Of a stretch of DNA of 64,000 nucleotides, positions 40,545 to 57,200 are shown piece after piece (position 1 is the stretch's first letter; each line of letters begins with the position of its first letter). The notes under the pieces are model-generated. The model ran no database searches. It saw only the letters and a program-made list of their open reading frames with translations, and was not told the origin of the DNA. This DNA is from Ruditapes philippinarum (lineage: Eukaryota). The DNA lies in NCBI RefSeq assembly GCF_026571515.1, contig NW_026861047.1, positions 310,001 through 374,000 on the forward strand, given 5' to 3'. The position numbers and the translations under genes were made by a program.

Positions 40545-40554
40545 GTCACGTGAT
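40545..40554. promoter_or_regulatory. E-box/CLEAR-like motif upstream of the probable SNX29 start
   Basis: gTCACGTGAt ~110 bp upstream of candidate ATG 40438; motif match only. Confidence 0.3.
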
Positions 40555-40976
40555 TTAAAGTACGAAATGGTATAATTTGGCGAAATTTCCAACCTGCCTC
40601 GCATTCTTCCTCTGACCATTCAACTTTATTTAAACTTGCATTATTCTGCAAAATTATTATTTCAAAATTTAAATAACTCATACTCCTGTAAGTCATGATT
40701 TTCTCAACTTTATGAATTTACAAATTTACTTGCCATAGAAACAATTTTTAAATAAATTTGTATAAGACAATTGTTGTCAAGAGAAAGTTTAGGTCAAATG
40801 ATATGGTTTAGTCAAATTGATTTTTCCCTTATTATATATAATTTTATGTATATATGTTTTGTTTAATTCACTTTTTGTATAACTGTTCATTATATTGTTG
40901 ATATATCATAACCTTATGCATATTATATGCCTTGGTTTTGAATAAAATCTTGAAATCTTGAAGTTTGGGAAAAAGT

Positions 40977-41259
40977 NNNNNNNNNNNNNNNNNNNNNNNN
41001 NNNNNNNNNNNNNNNNNNNNNNNNNNNNNNNNNNNNNNNNNNNNNNNNNNNNNNNNNNNNNNNNNNNNNNNNNNNNNNNNNNNNNNNNNNNNNNNNNNNN
41101 NNNNNNNNNNNNNNNNNNNNNNNNNNNNNNNNNNNNNNNNNNNNNNNNNNNNNNNNNNNNNNNNNNNNNNNNNNNNNNNNNNNNNNNNNNNNNNNNNNNN
41201 NNNNNNNNNNNNNNNNNNNNNNNNNNNNNNNNNNNNNNNNNNNNNNNNNNNNNNNNNNN
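40977..41259. other. Assembly gap (283 N)
   Basis: Run of N. Confidence 1.
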
Positions 41260-41399
41260 TAGTAAAAGGTGTGAGAGAAAGTAAAAACCTGAAAATGAAC
41301 AGATCAGGACAGTGAGAGACTTTGAAAGCTCTAGTCATTGGTTAAAAATGTTTTTAATTAGTAAGGGTGAAAGAAAGATTTAAAAGTAAAACACAACAA

Positions 41400-42330
41400 G
41401 TCAAAACTAATACTGTATCTTAACCCGTGCCATGTTTGTATTGATCTAGATCAGGCAGGGTGACAATGTTCCTGGGGAGCTGATTCCAAAGTGTGATACA
41501 GTGGGGGAAGAAGGAGTAACGCTTATTGGTAATCTGATGTAACCTGTTTTTCCTCAGAGAGAGGGGATGCATATGTCTAGTAAGCCTCCGATGGAGTTTT
41601 TAAATGTAGGTGGGAAGGCTAATGGCTACTAGATTATGGTAGATTTTAAAAACATAATAAGTCTAAAGTCTAGTCTGCGATGCTCGAGAGAAACGCCAGC
41701 CAAGATCTTTCTGCATGGCTGTAACTGATGACAAAGGGAGTAATCCTGCTTTTTATCCCAGCGTATCGCTCGTCCTTTGGACCATCTCTATTTTTTGGAT
41801 GTTTGATTGTGTGTAGGGGCTCCAAACAGTTGATGCGTATCTCCTAACTGGGGTCTTACTAGGGATTTATAAGCTAGTTGTTTTACTTTTTCATTTTTTG
41901 TATTTGTATTGATATTTCGTTTTATGAATCCTAGGTTTTTTTGATTGTAATTCTTGAGATATGTGTGTTATAGTTTAGGTCTTGGACAAGTCAAGGCCAA
42001 GGTATTTTGAGCTAGGAACTGATGTTAAAGCTTGGCCATGAACGGGAAGTACTTGTTGTTGATGACTTTTTTTGTTTTTAGTGATGTGAAGGACTTGACA
42101 TTTTGAGGGGTTGAATTCCATGTCCCACTCCCTTTCCCAGATTTGCATCTTATTAAGATCCTCCTGAAGGGATTGTGAGTCTGAGGACGAGTTTATAGAA
42201 ATGTAAACCACAGTGTCATCAGCAAAGAGGCGAATTTGAGACTTGGAGACAGAAGATGGAAGTTCATTAATGTAGATCAGAAAGCAGAGTGGGCTGAGGA
42301 CTGAGCCTTGGGGACACCAGAGTTTACAGG
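41400..42330 (-). mobile_element. 5'-truncated, frameshifted LINE (CR1/L2-group reverse transcriptase, 3' part)
   Basis: GVPQGSVLSP..FLIYINELP..IRLFADDTV..LQEDL..W..EWDMEFNPSKCQVLHIT..KYLG.. and downstream YASTVWSP and WN.LP-like motifs. Confidence 0.9.
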
Positions 42331-43999
42331 GACTTCTTACAGGGACTATCCTCGAACGATACTACCCCCTACTAAATACCACAATGGTCCAGTCTTTTTT
42401 TGTGTGAACATATTAAAGTTTTTTTTTTACTGAATATCGTAAATTAACGTCTCTGATTTATATCCTTGTTTGTAGATATGTGCTTACTAATTACTCAGCC
42501 AACAAGCCCCTTTGATTTGGTGATGCTAATGGATTATCGATTATAAGTAAAATTAGATCTCTTTTTTTAAATTCAAATAATATCTCTAGGTAAAATAGAT
42601 AACCAAAATGTCAAAATTTAATTTTAAAAATATCTATTACATGATGGAAATTAACTGTATCCCACTGTTACCTTGTGTAACCCTTGTATCCCTGTATCCC
42701 TTGTCATGTTGGGGTAAAAATAATTGTGATTCTGTGCCATATATACTTGTTTGACCACAACTCAAATATGCATTCAGTCTGGTTCCCCGTGTAGTCAAAC
42801 CTATAGTGATCAGATAGAATATGACTAAAGAAATCTGACCCTTGGTCAGATCCGACTTTGGACGCACATCAAGCTTTACTCAGATGTCACAATCATTTAA
42901 ATTGAACCTATTAGATCTTCGTCGTTTTGTTATTGTAGGCTCGCCATGAAACATTAGTGATTGGCCGGCCATCCCTACATGTATACAGAAAATATGGATA
43001 GACGGATAATCGCATAATTAAATCAAGGTGGCTGGAAAACTGTTCAATGGTAGATTTGGCTACACGGACTACTCTGAGGTAGCTTGAAGAATAATTGCTT
43101 TGGGTAAAATAATCAGTCCTGGAAAACAAAAGAACTTATTATTGTCTTAAGTTGTTGTTACTGTTCGTGGGAGAAGGGATGGGGTGGCTGAAGGGGGAGT
43201 ATCAAGTGGTTTTTTGGGGGGGATAGCAACAAAGCCCAAGGGAAAATCTTCCCCAAAAAGGGGAAAAACAAAAGCATATTTTACGTATGGGGGGCCCTAA
43301 ATTTGTGCCATTTGTTTTTTTCTTTCCCTGTACCCCCCCCAACCCAAAAAGCCCAAAAATTTAAAAAATTTTAAAATTTGAGGGGGCCCGGGGAAACCCA
43401 AAAACCCACGCTAATTGGGCCCGGGCTTAGGGGGAAATTTTTATATAAAAAAATTTCTGCTGCCCCCATGCTAATAAGCGTGTATTCGCTCCACGCCCCC
43501 GCCATTTTATTTCTTAAATCTCACCCTGCGCCCCCGCTAATTAGCGTGTTTTCGCTATGCGCCCAGCCATTTTAACTTGTTAATTTTCGACTTTTTGCTT
43601 GCTTGGGGTTGTGGGCGAAAACACGAATGACACAAATCAGCCACCATATATACGTTTTAGTCTGAAGAAATTTAAGGAGTGGGGCATGTCTGTAACGTAA
43701 GAAATCTGATCATAATCTAGTTTGATTAATCGTGCTGCTTTTCTTTGGACATTTTCAAACTGATCGAGCCTACAACATTTTTGAGAATAGTATATTCCCA
43801 TTTTTAGTTTTGTACTGTACTGTAGAGTTTTTTTTCTCTTATTCCAAATTTTATATTCTTTATGTAGATCTTTATATCTCAGTCAAAAACTTTATGAATT
43901 AAAAAAATTGGCCTTAAATATTATTGAGCTGAAACGACTATTAGAGGAAAAAGTAGTTGTTCGGTAAAAATGTCATTTCGCACAACAATATTTAACAAT

Positions 44000-44036
44000 T
44001 TCCGGTTTCTACCGGAAGTCGATCTTTTCATTTTAG
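44000..44036 (+). promoter_or_regulatory. RPL10 core promoter: paired ETS/GABP sites, TCT initiator and 13-nt non-coding exon 1 with 5'TOP
   Basis: ttccggt..accggaagt (44000-44019), then tC(44024)ttttcattttag|gtaag; classical ribosomal protein promoter layout; next acceptor at 44196. Confidence 0.7.
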
Positions 44037-44204
44037 GTAAGGTAGAAAATGCCCGTAAATAAACAGGGCGAATGAAAATCTACTGACATCTGAGCCATTG
44101 TAGTTGTTTTCATAAATATTTTCAACTGAAACTTATGTTTATCATTTCATGTTTTGTATCCATTTCATTCAATTATATTTCACTGTTTATTTTCAGATAT
44201 AACC

Positions 44205-47945
<3,741 letters not shown>

Positions 47946-47966
47946 TTTATTGTTAACAGACTTCAA

Positions 47967-47972
47967 AATAAA
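47967..47972 (+). terminator. RPL10 polyadenylation signal
   Basis: AATAAA 22 nt after the stop, followed by GT/T-rich tgtgttggtttatt. Confidence 0.75.
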
Positions 47973-48161
47973 TGTGGTTATGAAGAGAAAAATTGAAATG
48001 TGTTGGTTTATTGCTTTATAATACTAAAAATGTGCAAATGTTTTAAAGGTAATGATTCCGTGTAAATAATACAACCTAATTTTATTTACTGGAGCCTAAT
48101 TTTATTTACTGAATACATGTATAAGTAAAATAAAAGTGAAATTAAGTTTTTCTTAACGTCA

Positions 48162-48251
48162 AGCCAGTCTAGTGATGCCACTATTTAGTATTTACCTACA
48201 TTGTCAGAGAGTTGTCAGTGAAGATAAAACAACAGATACTGAAGATTGGCT
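48162..48251 (+). ncRNA. SNORD34: Box C/D snoRNA, SNORD34/snR62-type, copy 3 (downstream of RPL10 poly(A) signal)
   Basis: Stem agccagtct/agattggct; C GTGATGC 48172; guide 48192-48204; D' CAGA; D CTGA 48239. Paralog of copy 2 with a 7-nt insertion. Confidence 0.75.
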
Positions 48252-48483
48252 GTGAAAATAAATACTACAGATAAACATCATACTTTAGATATATGCTCAA
48301 GATACAGACCAAATTTTACACCAACCCTAAAAAAAAACGCGTGACCAATTTTATTAGACCAATTAAAAAAAAAGAAAGCTCACAGTTAATCAAATTGAAA
48401 ATACATTGTGTAATTATACCTGAAAAAGACTAATAAAAACATATAATTATAAGTGCAGTATCAGAGTACAATTCTAAATAATT

Positions 48484-49412
48484 GTGCCGGGCATTTAGAT
48501 TTACCATTGTCCGTCCGTCCATTCTCTTGTGTCACACATAACTCAAAAAGTATTTGACCTAGAGTCGTGAAACTTTACAGGAATGTTGATCAGCATGTGT
48601 AGTTGTGAACCTGGGTATTATAGTTATTGCCCTTGACTTAGTAAAATTTGCAATTTTCAACTTGTGTCGCACGTAACTCAAAAAGGATTTGACATAGAGT
48701 CCTGAAACTTCACAGGAATATTGATCAGCATGTGTACTTGTTCACCTGGGTATTTTCGTCTGGATATTTTTAGAGTTATTGCCCTTGACTTAGAAAATTT
48801 TTGCAATTTTCAACTTGTGTCGAATGTAACTCAAAAAGGATTTGACAGAGTCATTAAACCTTACGGGAATGTTGCTCAGCATATTTAGTTTTGCACCTGG
48901 GGTTTCGATTGTGGATTTATCCAGTATTTGTAGAGTTATTTCCCTTGACTTAGTAAAAACTGTTTCATTATGTTGTTATTTGTTTCTTGAGTGCTTGAGT
49001 TAGAATCAACCAACTTTACAGGAATAATGACCAACATCACTAAATTACAGGAATAATGATTCACATCACTGTGAAGCTATGCACCTGGGACTTTGCATGT
49101 GGATTTTTTTCAGTTTTGTTAGAGTTATTGCCCTTGACTTACAGTAGTATAAATTTGCAATTTTCAACTTGTTTATGCATAGCTCAAAAAGTATTTCACT
49201 TGTTGGCCTGAAAGTTTACAAGAATGTTGGTCAGCATGTGTACTTCTGCACCTTGGGGTTTGCTTGTTGATTTATTCAGTATTTGTAAAGTTCTTGCACT
49301 TTACTTAGTAAAAGATTTTTAGTTTTCAAAAAATATTTGACCTAGAGTCATAAGATTGACAGAACAGTGGCGCGGTGGGGGCACCCGTGTCCTATGGACA
49401 CATTTCTAGTTT
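48484..49412 (-). mobile_element. HINE/pearl-like element with internal tandem repeats
   Basis: Minus-strand 5' aactagaaatgtgtccataggacacgggtgcccc; repeated units ..taactcaaaaag..tttgac.tagagtc..gagttattgcccttgactta..; (GTCC)n at ~48508. Confidence 0.7.
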
Positions 49413-51229
49413 CAATTGACTCATTCAAAAGCTTGTTCAGGGTGTAACTAGACAAATGAAAAGATTTAGAAGGAAATGTATACAGGAATAGAAACCGAAG
49501 AGGAATTGCTGTGTTCAAGAACTGTAATGCTATCTTGCTAGTCTTCATAATACTAAAATAATGCTTTATAGAGCCTTTATTTATAGGCTGATGACATATT
49601 TCGCACCAAGGGTTGTTGCAAAACTCATGAGTATAGGGTAGCTTGGTTTAAGGCCATTTGTTCTAAAAATAGATTTTCATACTTGTGTATGAACCGATTG
49701 CTGTCTTTCATGTTTGGTAGCTGTACCAAGAAGATGCCTTTGGTTTCCCTTGTAATGGGTCACTTGCTAAAAAATATGTGCTAGTAAGGGGTCACTTGCT
49801 AAAAAATATGTGCAGGTTTCGCTGTTTGGGAAGCATCCATACATGCCTTTAAAATGAATATTAAGCTAATGAATTGCTGAACAAAAGACTGCAAGCCCAG
49901 CTTATATTCTGAAGCTCATTAAAAAGCATTGTGCAACATTTAATTCATCATTGTTATCAGCAAAATTGGTGAGGTGCAAATCATTAAATGTATAAAACTA
50001 CCGTTTTCCTGAATGTTAGGAAATATGAGAATTTTTAGAACTATCACTGTTATATGAGAATTTTTAGAACTATCACTGTTAGAAGGGAACATGTAGCATG
50101 ATGTATATTCCATTTCTATTAGAGAAGCAGCAATTGACACCGATGAATTAGGCATGTAACATGTCTGCAATAAAATATTATATACCATTTGGTATGACTA
50201 CATCGGCATATAGGTACTATAGCCAACTGCAGCTGGGCAAGATGGAGAATTTACATATGTATTGTAAATACTGCTAGGTATAATATATTGACTGACCTAA
50301 CCAATGTTATCAGTTTTACTGCAAATAAGCTATCCAAATGCTTTTTGGGGATAATAGTAACTGATTTATGCAAAGAACATCTGGCTTTGTGAGTAGTTGA
50401 ACTAACAATGAATAGAAAAGGTGAGGTTAAAAACTGAAACGGTCCATTATAACAGATTAATATTTCACTTCAGCCTTGGTACCTATTATGTTAAAATCTC
50501 TACCTAGCATATTCTCAAAACATTAATACAGATGTACCAGACCTTTTGGCAATTGGTTGTCTCTGTCAGCAAAACTAGTATGACATAAAATCATACATCA
50601 CCGGTTATTTTATTAGGGGTCCAGACCTGATTTAACTATTTTGTCTCCTGCTTTACAGCATACAGGCTAACATACAAGGAGTCATTCTCATGTTGCTTAA
50701 TGTTGTCTTGTAAATAAAGAGAGCTGATATACTTGTCCAAGAAAGAAAAAGGTTCCATGGGTTTTCGCATCTACTGAATACTAGAGAAAGGTAAGTTGCT
50801 GATCCATTATTCATGCATGGCTAACATACCAGCAAGTCTGAATAGTAACATATTACATCTATAAGAAGTTCTAAACATGGCTGTCATTTCAGTTAATATA
50901 AACATATGTAGTAAGACTTTCATATCTTTATTTTTTAAAGCAGTAAAAATAGTAACTTTTCTCCTCGAATATAAATTATTCAATAACAATTACATCAAAC
51001 TCTTGCAATCTTAGCATACTCGTATATTCATATTCTGTGCTGAAATTCTTTCCTCCATCAATATGTCAATATTTTCTCTTACTTCTGCATTCACAACTTG
51101 CCTGGTGACAATTTTTTTATCAACAACTTTGATCCAGATAAAGTAATCAAACTTGTAAATAAAAGATTGAAACATAACTGACTAAAACATTAACTTTTAA
51201 CAAATTTGAGTTTAGATTCACAGAAACAT

Positions 51230-54200
51230 TCAGCTTGGTTTCATGTTTACTACTCCACTCTCGTCCATTGAAAACTTGGAGGGATCAAATGGTTGGCCTT
51301 TAAATGGAGAACCTTCAGCATCCCATGCATTCTTTAACATGTCCTGCATCTTCTGTAAAGATAAATACATATACTTACATAACTGTTCAGCCAATATACG
51401 TGCATATACAGTAAAATGTGCAAATGCAATTAGGAACTTTAATAAAATAGACACTAACAAAGGTAAAAACATTCCTTTCCTATTATTTCTAGATGGAAAA
51501 TCCATGAATAAGGAGCCAGGCACTAGTAATATATAAATGTATCTTCTATTTGACAGATGATTACCACATTTTCAAGTTTTTTTAGGTCCAAAAGCAATCC
51601 CAACTGAGGTCTTCATGTAAGTTTGCTATATACCAAATTGGATTACAATATTTCATTCCTTACTCTTTGTCATTGTCTGGAAACCATTGTTCTTTTTTAG
51701 TAACAGTGACCTTGACCCATATAAGGTTGCTATATACAAAGTTTGATAACAACAACTCATTCCAAACTGTATGTATTGTACGGAAAACATGAACTCCACC
51801 AACCGACAGACAGACCTACCAACAACTTTAGCGGACTCCTATATAATATACCCCTATAAACTTCATTTGTGCAGGTTAAAAAAATTAATTAGATTACTTT
51901 AAATCTTAATTTGCAATTAGAAAAAGATTATAGAGCATACAGTTAACCGAGGTCTGTCTTAATAGCATGTAATATGTCAAAAATAAATAGTATCACATAA
52001 CAATATCTGGTAGAAAAGTGATCCCTCGGAAGCATTAAAAACAGCAAAATTACATGAAAATTGCAGACTCCGTTTTATTGAGTCTGTACTCAATTCTCAA
52101 CACTTAAAAGTGCTGGACTAAATGATTCCAAAGGACCAGAAAATATAACAACACTGAAGTGTAGTACCTGTTCATTTGCTGTAGGTAAAAAAAGGGGTTT
52201 TTTGTCATATTATACATCACCTCATTGCCGGGCTTTTTATCAAGTCTGTAAAGGTTTGGCATTATCTTAGAATAACTTGGCCCGTTTTAACCCGCCCCCA
52301 CCATCCTCCCCCCCAAAATTATCTAAAAACCATTTTTTCCTTGAAAACTGTTAAAAAAAAAAAATTAAATCTACAAGAAATCAAGGTATAGAAAATTTGT
52401 TGTTTAGATGGTTTTAAGATTCAGATGTAAATCATCAGAATTTCAACTCCAACACTACTGAATTTGATGTCGAACTACTTAAAGTACCTTTAGTACAAGT
52501 TTGTTCAGTAATTTGATGTTCCATCAAGTCAATTACCTCGGAAATACTTACATGAACATTTTCTCCAGGATTAAGTGTCCACATGCTTTCATCCTTTTGT
52601 ACTTCCCATGTAAGATCTCCATCAATTACAACTTTGAACTGACCATTCTCATCTTTGTGGGCCACTTTCACATGTTTCTTACTGATATCTACCTTTACAT
52701 CTCGACCTTTACGAATATATGATGGTACCTTAAATAAAACAAAGAAATGTGTGAATCTTCAATAAAATTAAAGGGGGGGGGGGAAATTTTGAAAACTCCT
52801 TATTTTGAAAAAAACCTTTGTCCATTTTTTTTTTATGTTTTCATTGCAATTTAAAAGAGTCAGTTTTTGTCTTTTAAAAATTTTATAATCATGGGTTTAA
52901 TTTAATTCCCCGGCGGGCCAATTGGTCCAAAACTTTAAAATTTAAAAACTAGTCCCTGCGTTTTTAAAATTAGCAAATTCAAAAATTTTTGTTTCTGAAA
53001 AAAGAAATGACTGATTTTCATATGGAACATTAATTTATCAGTTTATTTAGTTATTCAGGGAACAGAATTACAAATAATGCACAGGTCATTATCCACTTTC
53101 AAAGTTTTAACATTATTAGGCTTATGAAAGACCTTATGAGGCTATTAGATATTGCTGACCAATAGCCAAAATGGCTTGTGGTTTTCTTGGCATAACATGA
53201 ACTTCAACAGAATAAAAGTTATATCAAACACTGTCAGTATGTTTCAAGCTTACTGTAACTCTGAGATCAAGATCTGTTATGGATTGTGCCCATCTGTAAT
53301 TGTCTCTCACTGCCCCATTATAACTTTCTGGATTGTTCTGAAACATCTGTTGTTGTCTATAGAATAAAAATATTAACACCTACAAGTTTTCTCCCCCCAA
53401 AAAAAACACTGGCACTGTATCATATACCCATGCAAAATAAGCAGTTTATCAATAAAGCTTTATATGGATTAGTTACCAGTTATCATATTGGTTAAAGATA
53501 TAAATTTAAAACCATAACATTATACATATGATAAAAATGTAACTTCACATTTATAAAAATCTTTCAAATATCATGGTTATTCAATACAAGTACAACAAGA
53601 AATTGAAAACTGTTTGATGATGTTTCCAACAGCAAACTTTTGGACTTAAAATAGATATTGGCACTGTCTTTTTTATCATTAAGAAGTTAGAAATTAAATA
53701 TTCATCAGAACAAGAGCTTTCAGTAAGACAGCGTGCTCAACTATTTTTGGTGCTTGAAAGTAAAATAAGAGCCTGGATAATGTGGAATTTTCAAACTTCA
53801 ATATGGGCTATAATTCTATCAAACTCCATGTTAGAGTTATGGACCATGAACAGTGACCTTCTATTATGCTCTCAAATAAGCGGGAAGTTTCAACCTATTC
53901 CCTTTAGAATTTTAGATACCATCTTGCCTGAAAAAACTTAACCAAAGTGGGACACCGATTCGAATGCGAGGGTGAGTACAATAGCCTTTCTAACTTTTTA
54001 AATAGTCAGGCTAACATGTTATGTAAACATATGTAATGCAAATTGATAAAAGCAGCAAGTAAATTTACCTTGTTAATTCAGGATCATCGTCTTCCTCAGA
54101 TTTTGATTTAGACTGGTTAGGATCTGATTTTAAATTGTCTATTTTATTTGCTTCCCTTTTTTGTTCATTGTTTATAGAATCACTATTTGCACCATTGCTG

Positions 54201-57200
54201 TTATTCTGTTTAGCAACACTTTCAGCCTGTTGTGTGGCAGAATCTCCCTGTGACTGATCAGTAGGTGGTTGTGTTGTCAATCTTTCTGTATTAGACGCTT
54301 GTTGATTGCCAGTGTTTGCTCTCTGTTGCTCTACTGTAAAAACAGGCAAAAAACTTAATACATTATTTATTACAATTCAGATTGAATAGTAATGGGATAC
54401 ATGAAAGCTTTCTTTACAGATCATAAATACTAAAGGAAAAAGGTACCATAATCAAACATATACAACATACAAAGGAAATATTCAAGAAAAGAGATAAACT
54501 TAGTCTATGAATAAAAGAGAATTGGAAGTGGTACAAACAATCAACACAAGCTTAGTTATGGTTTGTTCACAGAATATACAATACAACTTAGGTTCAACTC
54601 TCATAAATCTTCTTTACTTGTTAAACTGCTGAATTTAACGCCAAATAAATTTGTAATACTGTATCTCCTAATTGTTAAATAAGTCATTTTGAACACCAGT
54701 AATACAGCATTTCGGTGTGATTAAAAAATCAAATGTACATTTACATATATATTGATGATATTTTCGTTGGCTACAATACCTAGAGGTTTAATCTGTGAAG
54801 GGATATTTCTTTTCTGTTCCACTTTCTTAGCATCCCGTACCTCATCATCACGCCTGGTTGCTGCATCATACTGTTCAAATATCTGCAACCCAAAATGTTT
54901 TTCAGTATTGAAGTTACACATTTATTTAAATATATAATATATCAGACCAATTCTTATTCCTTATTCACATAAGGACACCTTGTCTTGTAACAAAATATGC
55001 CTAAAAAAATGTTATATAAACATTGCAACACCATTCTATGATGAATAAAAATTTCTATAAATTTATAAATGGTCATGATACATCATACAAATCTTAGAAT
55101 TACCCATTATCAGAACAGTAGAGATATAACAAAATGTTTCATATTATATATAAGTAACATTTCATGATTCAACTTTTACCAACTCAACATTGTTCTATAT
55201 GGCTGTATAAACAAAACAAGAGCTGTCCGTAAGACAGCGCGCTCGACTTTTTTATTGCTTGCCAATAAAAAAAGTTTTTGCAGTAAAAAGCAATACAAGA
55301 ATCTCTGTATTTTTAAAGTGAACTAGTTGTTTGATACCCTTGAATATTACAGCAATGTTTATATGACATAATTTATGGTAAAGTGAACAAGTGGATAGGA
55401 ATGAATTTTTTTAGATTTTTTAAGTTTTTTAGTGCTTGCCTATAATACAAAACATTGACAGTTAAGGGCCATAATTCAAATAAAATCTTTGACAGAATTA
55501 CCTTCTCCTGGACATGTTTGGGAATCATGATTGTAAACAAGTATTCCAACTTTCAAATTAATGTCTCAAACAGTTCAGTCAAAAAGTGGACTGGTACTAA
55601 AAACTTAACCAAGATTCTAAGTCGATAAAAGGCCTTAATTTTTAAAACAAATCCTTGACAGAGTTACCTTCTCTTGCGTACAGATGGGGGTAATGATGTG
55701 AAATAGCATTAAAAGTTTCAAAGCAATATCTCAAAGGGTTAAGGCAATAAGTGGATTTTTACCCATATTCAATGTATTTTCTAAGTCAAAAAGGGGGGCA
55801 TAATTCTGTCTAAAAACCTTGTTGACAGAGTTATGTCCTCTTGTCTGTTGATAAGGTCGTGATGGTAAACAAGTATGGTCAGTTTCAAAGCAATACCTCA
55901 ATGGTTTTGAAATAAAGTTGAGGTGGTACAAAAAAATAACCAGCTCCAATACACTTTCTAAGTCAAAAAAAGGGCCATAAATTCTGTTCAAAAACCTTGA
56001 CAGAATGTACTCTTGTCTGTAGATGGAGGTTATGATGGTGAACAAGTATGGTAAGTTTCAAAGCCATACTTGTAATACTTCTGAAATAAAGTGGGGTGGT
56101 ACGAAAAACTTAACCAAGGTGTGACGCCGACGCCGGGGCGAGTAGGATAGCTCCCCTTTTCATAGAAAAGTCGAGCTAAAAAGTCATCACATAGAATGTA
56201 AATGAAATACTTACACTTGTTAGCATTTTCAAGGCAATGCCAGGGGGGAAGCCTAGTCTGTCCTCTTTACTTTTCATTAATCTATAGAAGTCAGTTCTGC
56301 AGGAAGAAAGTGTATTTAATTTAAGTCACTCAATGACATGTACATTATTAAAATACACATATCATACATAGAGTAACTCAATGATTTAAATTAGAAACAT
56401 CTTTGGTCAGTCAGCCATGTTTTGAATGGGAGCTTAACAGAGCGGTATGTCTAAATACCGGATATGAATTCATATTCGTGAATATGAATGGGAGTACCGA
56501 ATATGAATATTATTTTCATAAAATCAGCTCTTATGGGATTTATTTTGTCAACAGAGACTATTATTTATTTGTATCAAATGTATTTTAATGAAAGAAAATG
56601 AATTTCTGATCTTTTTGTTGTAAACTAATTACTATGACCAGAAAATACCTGAATATGAAGTTATGAACGAGAATGACACACATGAACCGTCATTATTGTT
56701 TATACAGTATAAAAAAATAGCTCACAAAAGTATAGAAATAGATATTTCAAACTATAATTTACATTCATGATGGTAAATATTTGCTGGGTAAAATTTAACA
56801 TTAGATGTTTTGTATATAATTTAGCCATCATGGCCAGAATACTGTATAAGAATACAAAACTTTTTTTCTTTTATTTATAATTTTTTATAATGATTTAAAA
56901 AAAAATACCCCTATTATTAATATTTAGGTCACTAATAAAAGCCTGTCAAAGAAACCTAGATGACAGTTTAAATTTGCTAAGTAATTAAGTTACTGTGACT
57001 TGCTATATACTGTAAAGATTTAATTCATATTCGTGAATAAGAACGAGGATACCGATTATAAATATTAAATAGATATGTAAATAAACTTTGTCTGAAATAG
57101 TTTCGTAAACAAAGACTATAATTATTTTCTTGCATCATGTCATTTAATGAAATTAATTTAAATGAATTTAATGCCTTGATTGAAAATTATTGTGACCAGA

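Noticed and set aside
40868-41338. ORFs of 108-156 aa
   Set aside because: Artefacts of the N gap.
49765-50080. Short direct duplications (25 bp at ~49777/49788-49813; ~29 bp at ~50023-50080)
   Set aside because: Ordinary two-copy slippage duplications with no evidence of function.
52168-52370. NUDCD3 as a pseudogene
   Set aside because: All other exons are intact and phase-consistent; the damage coincides with low-quality homopolymer-rich sequence.
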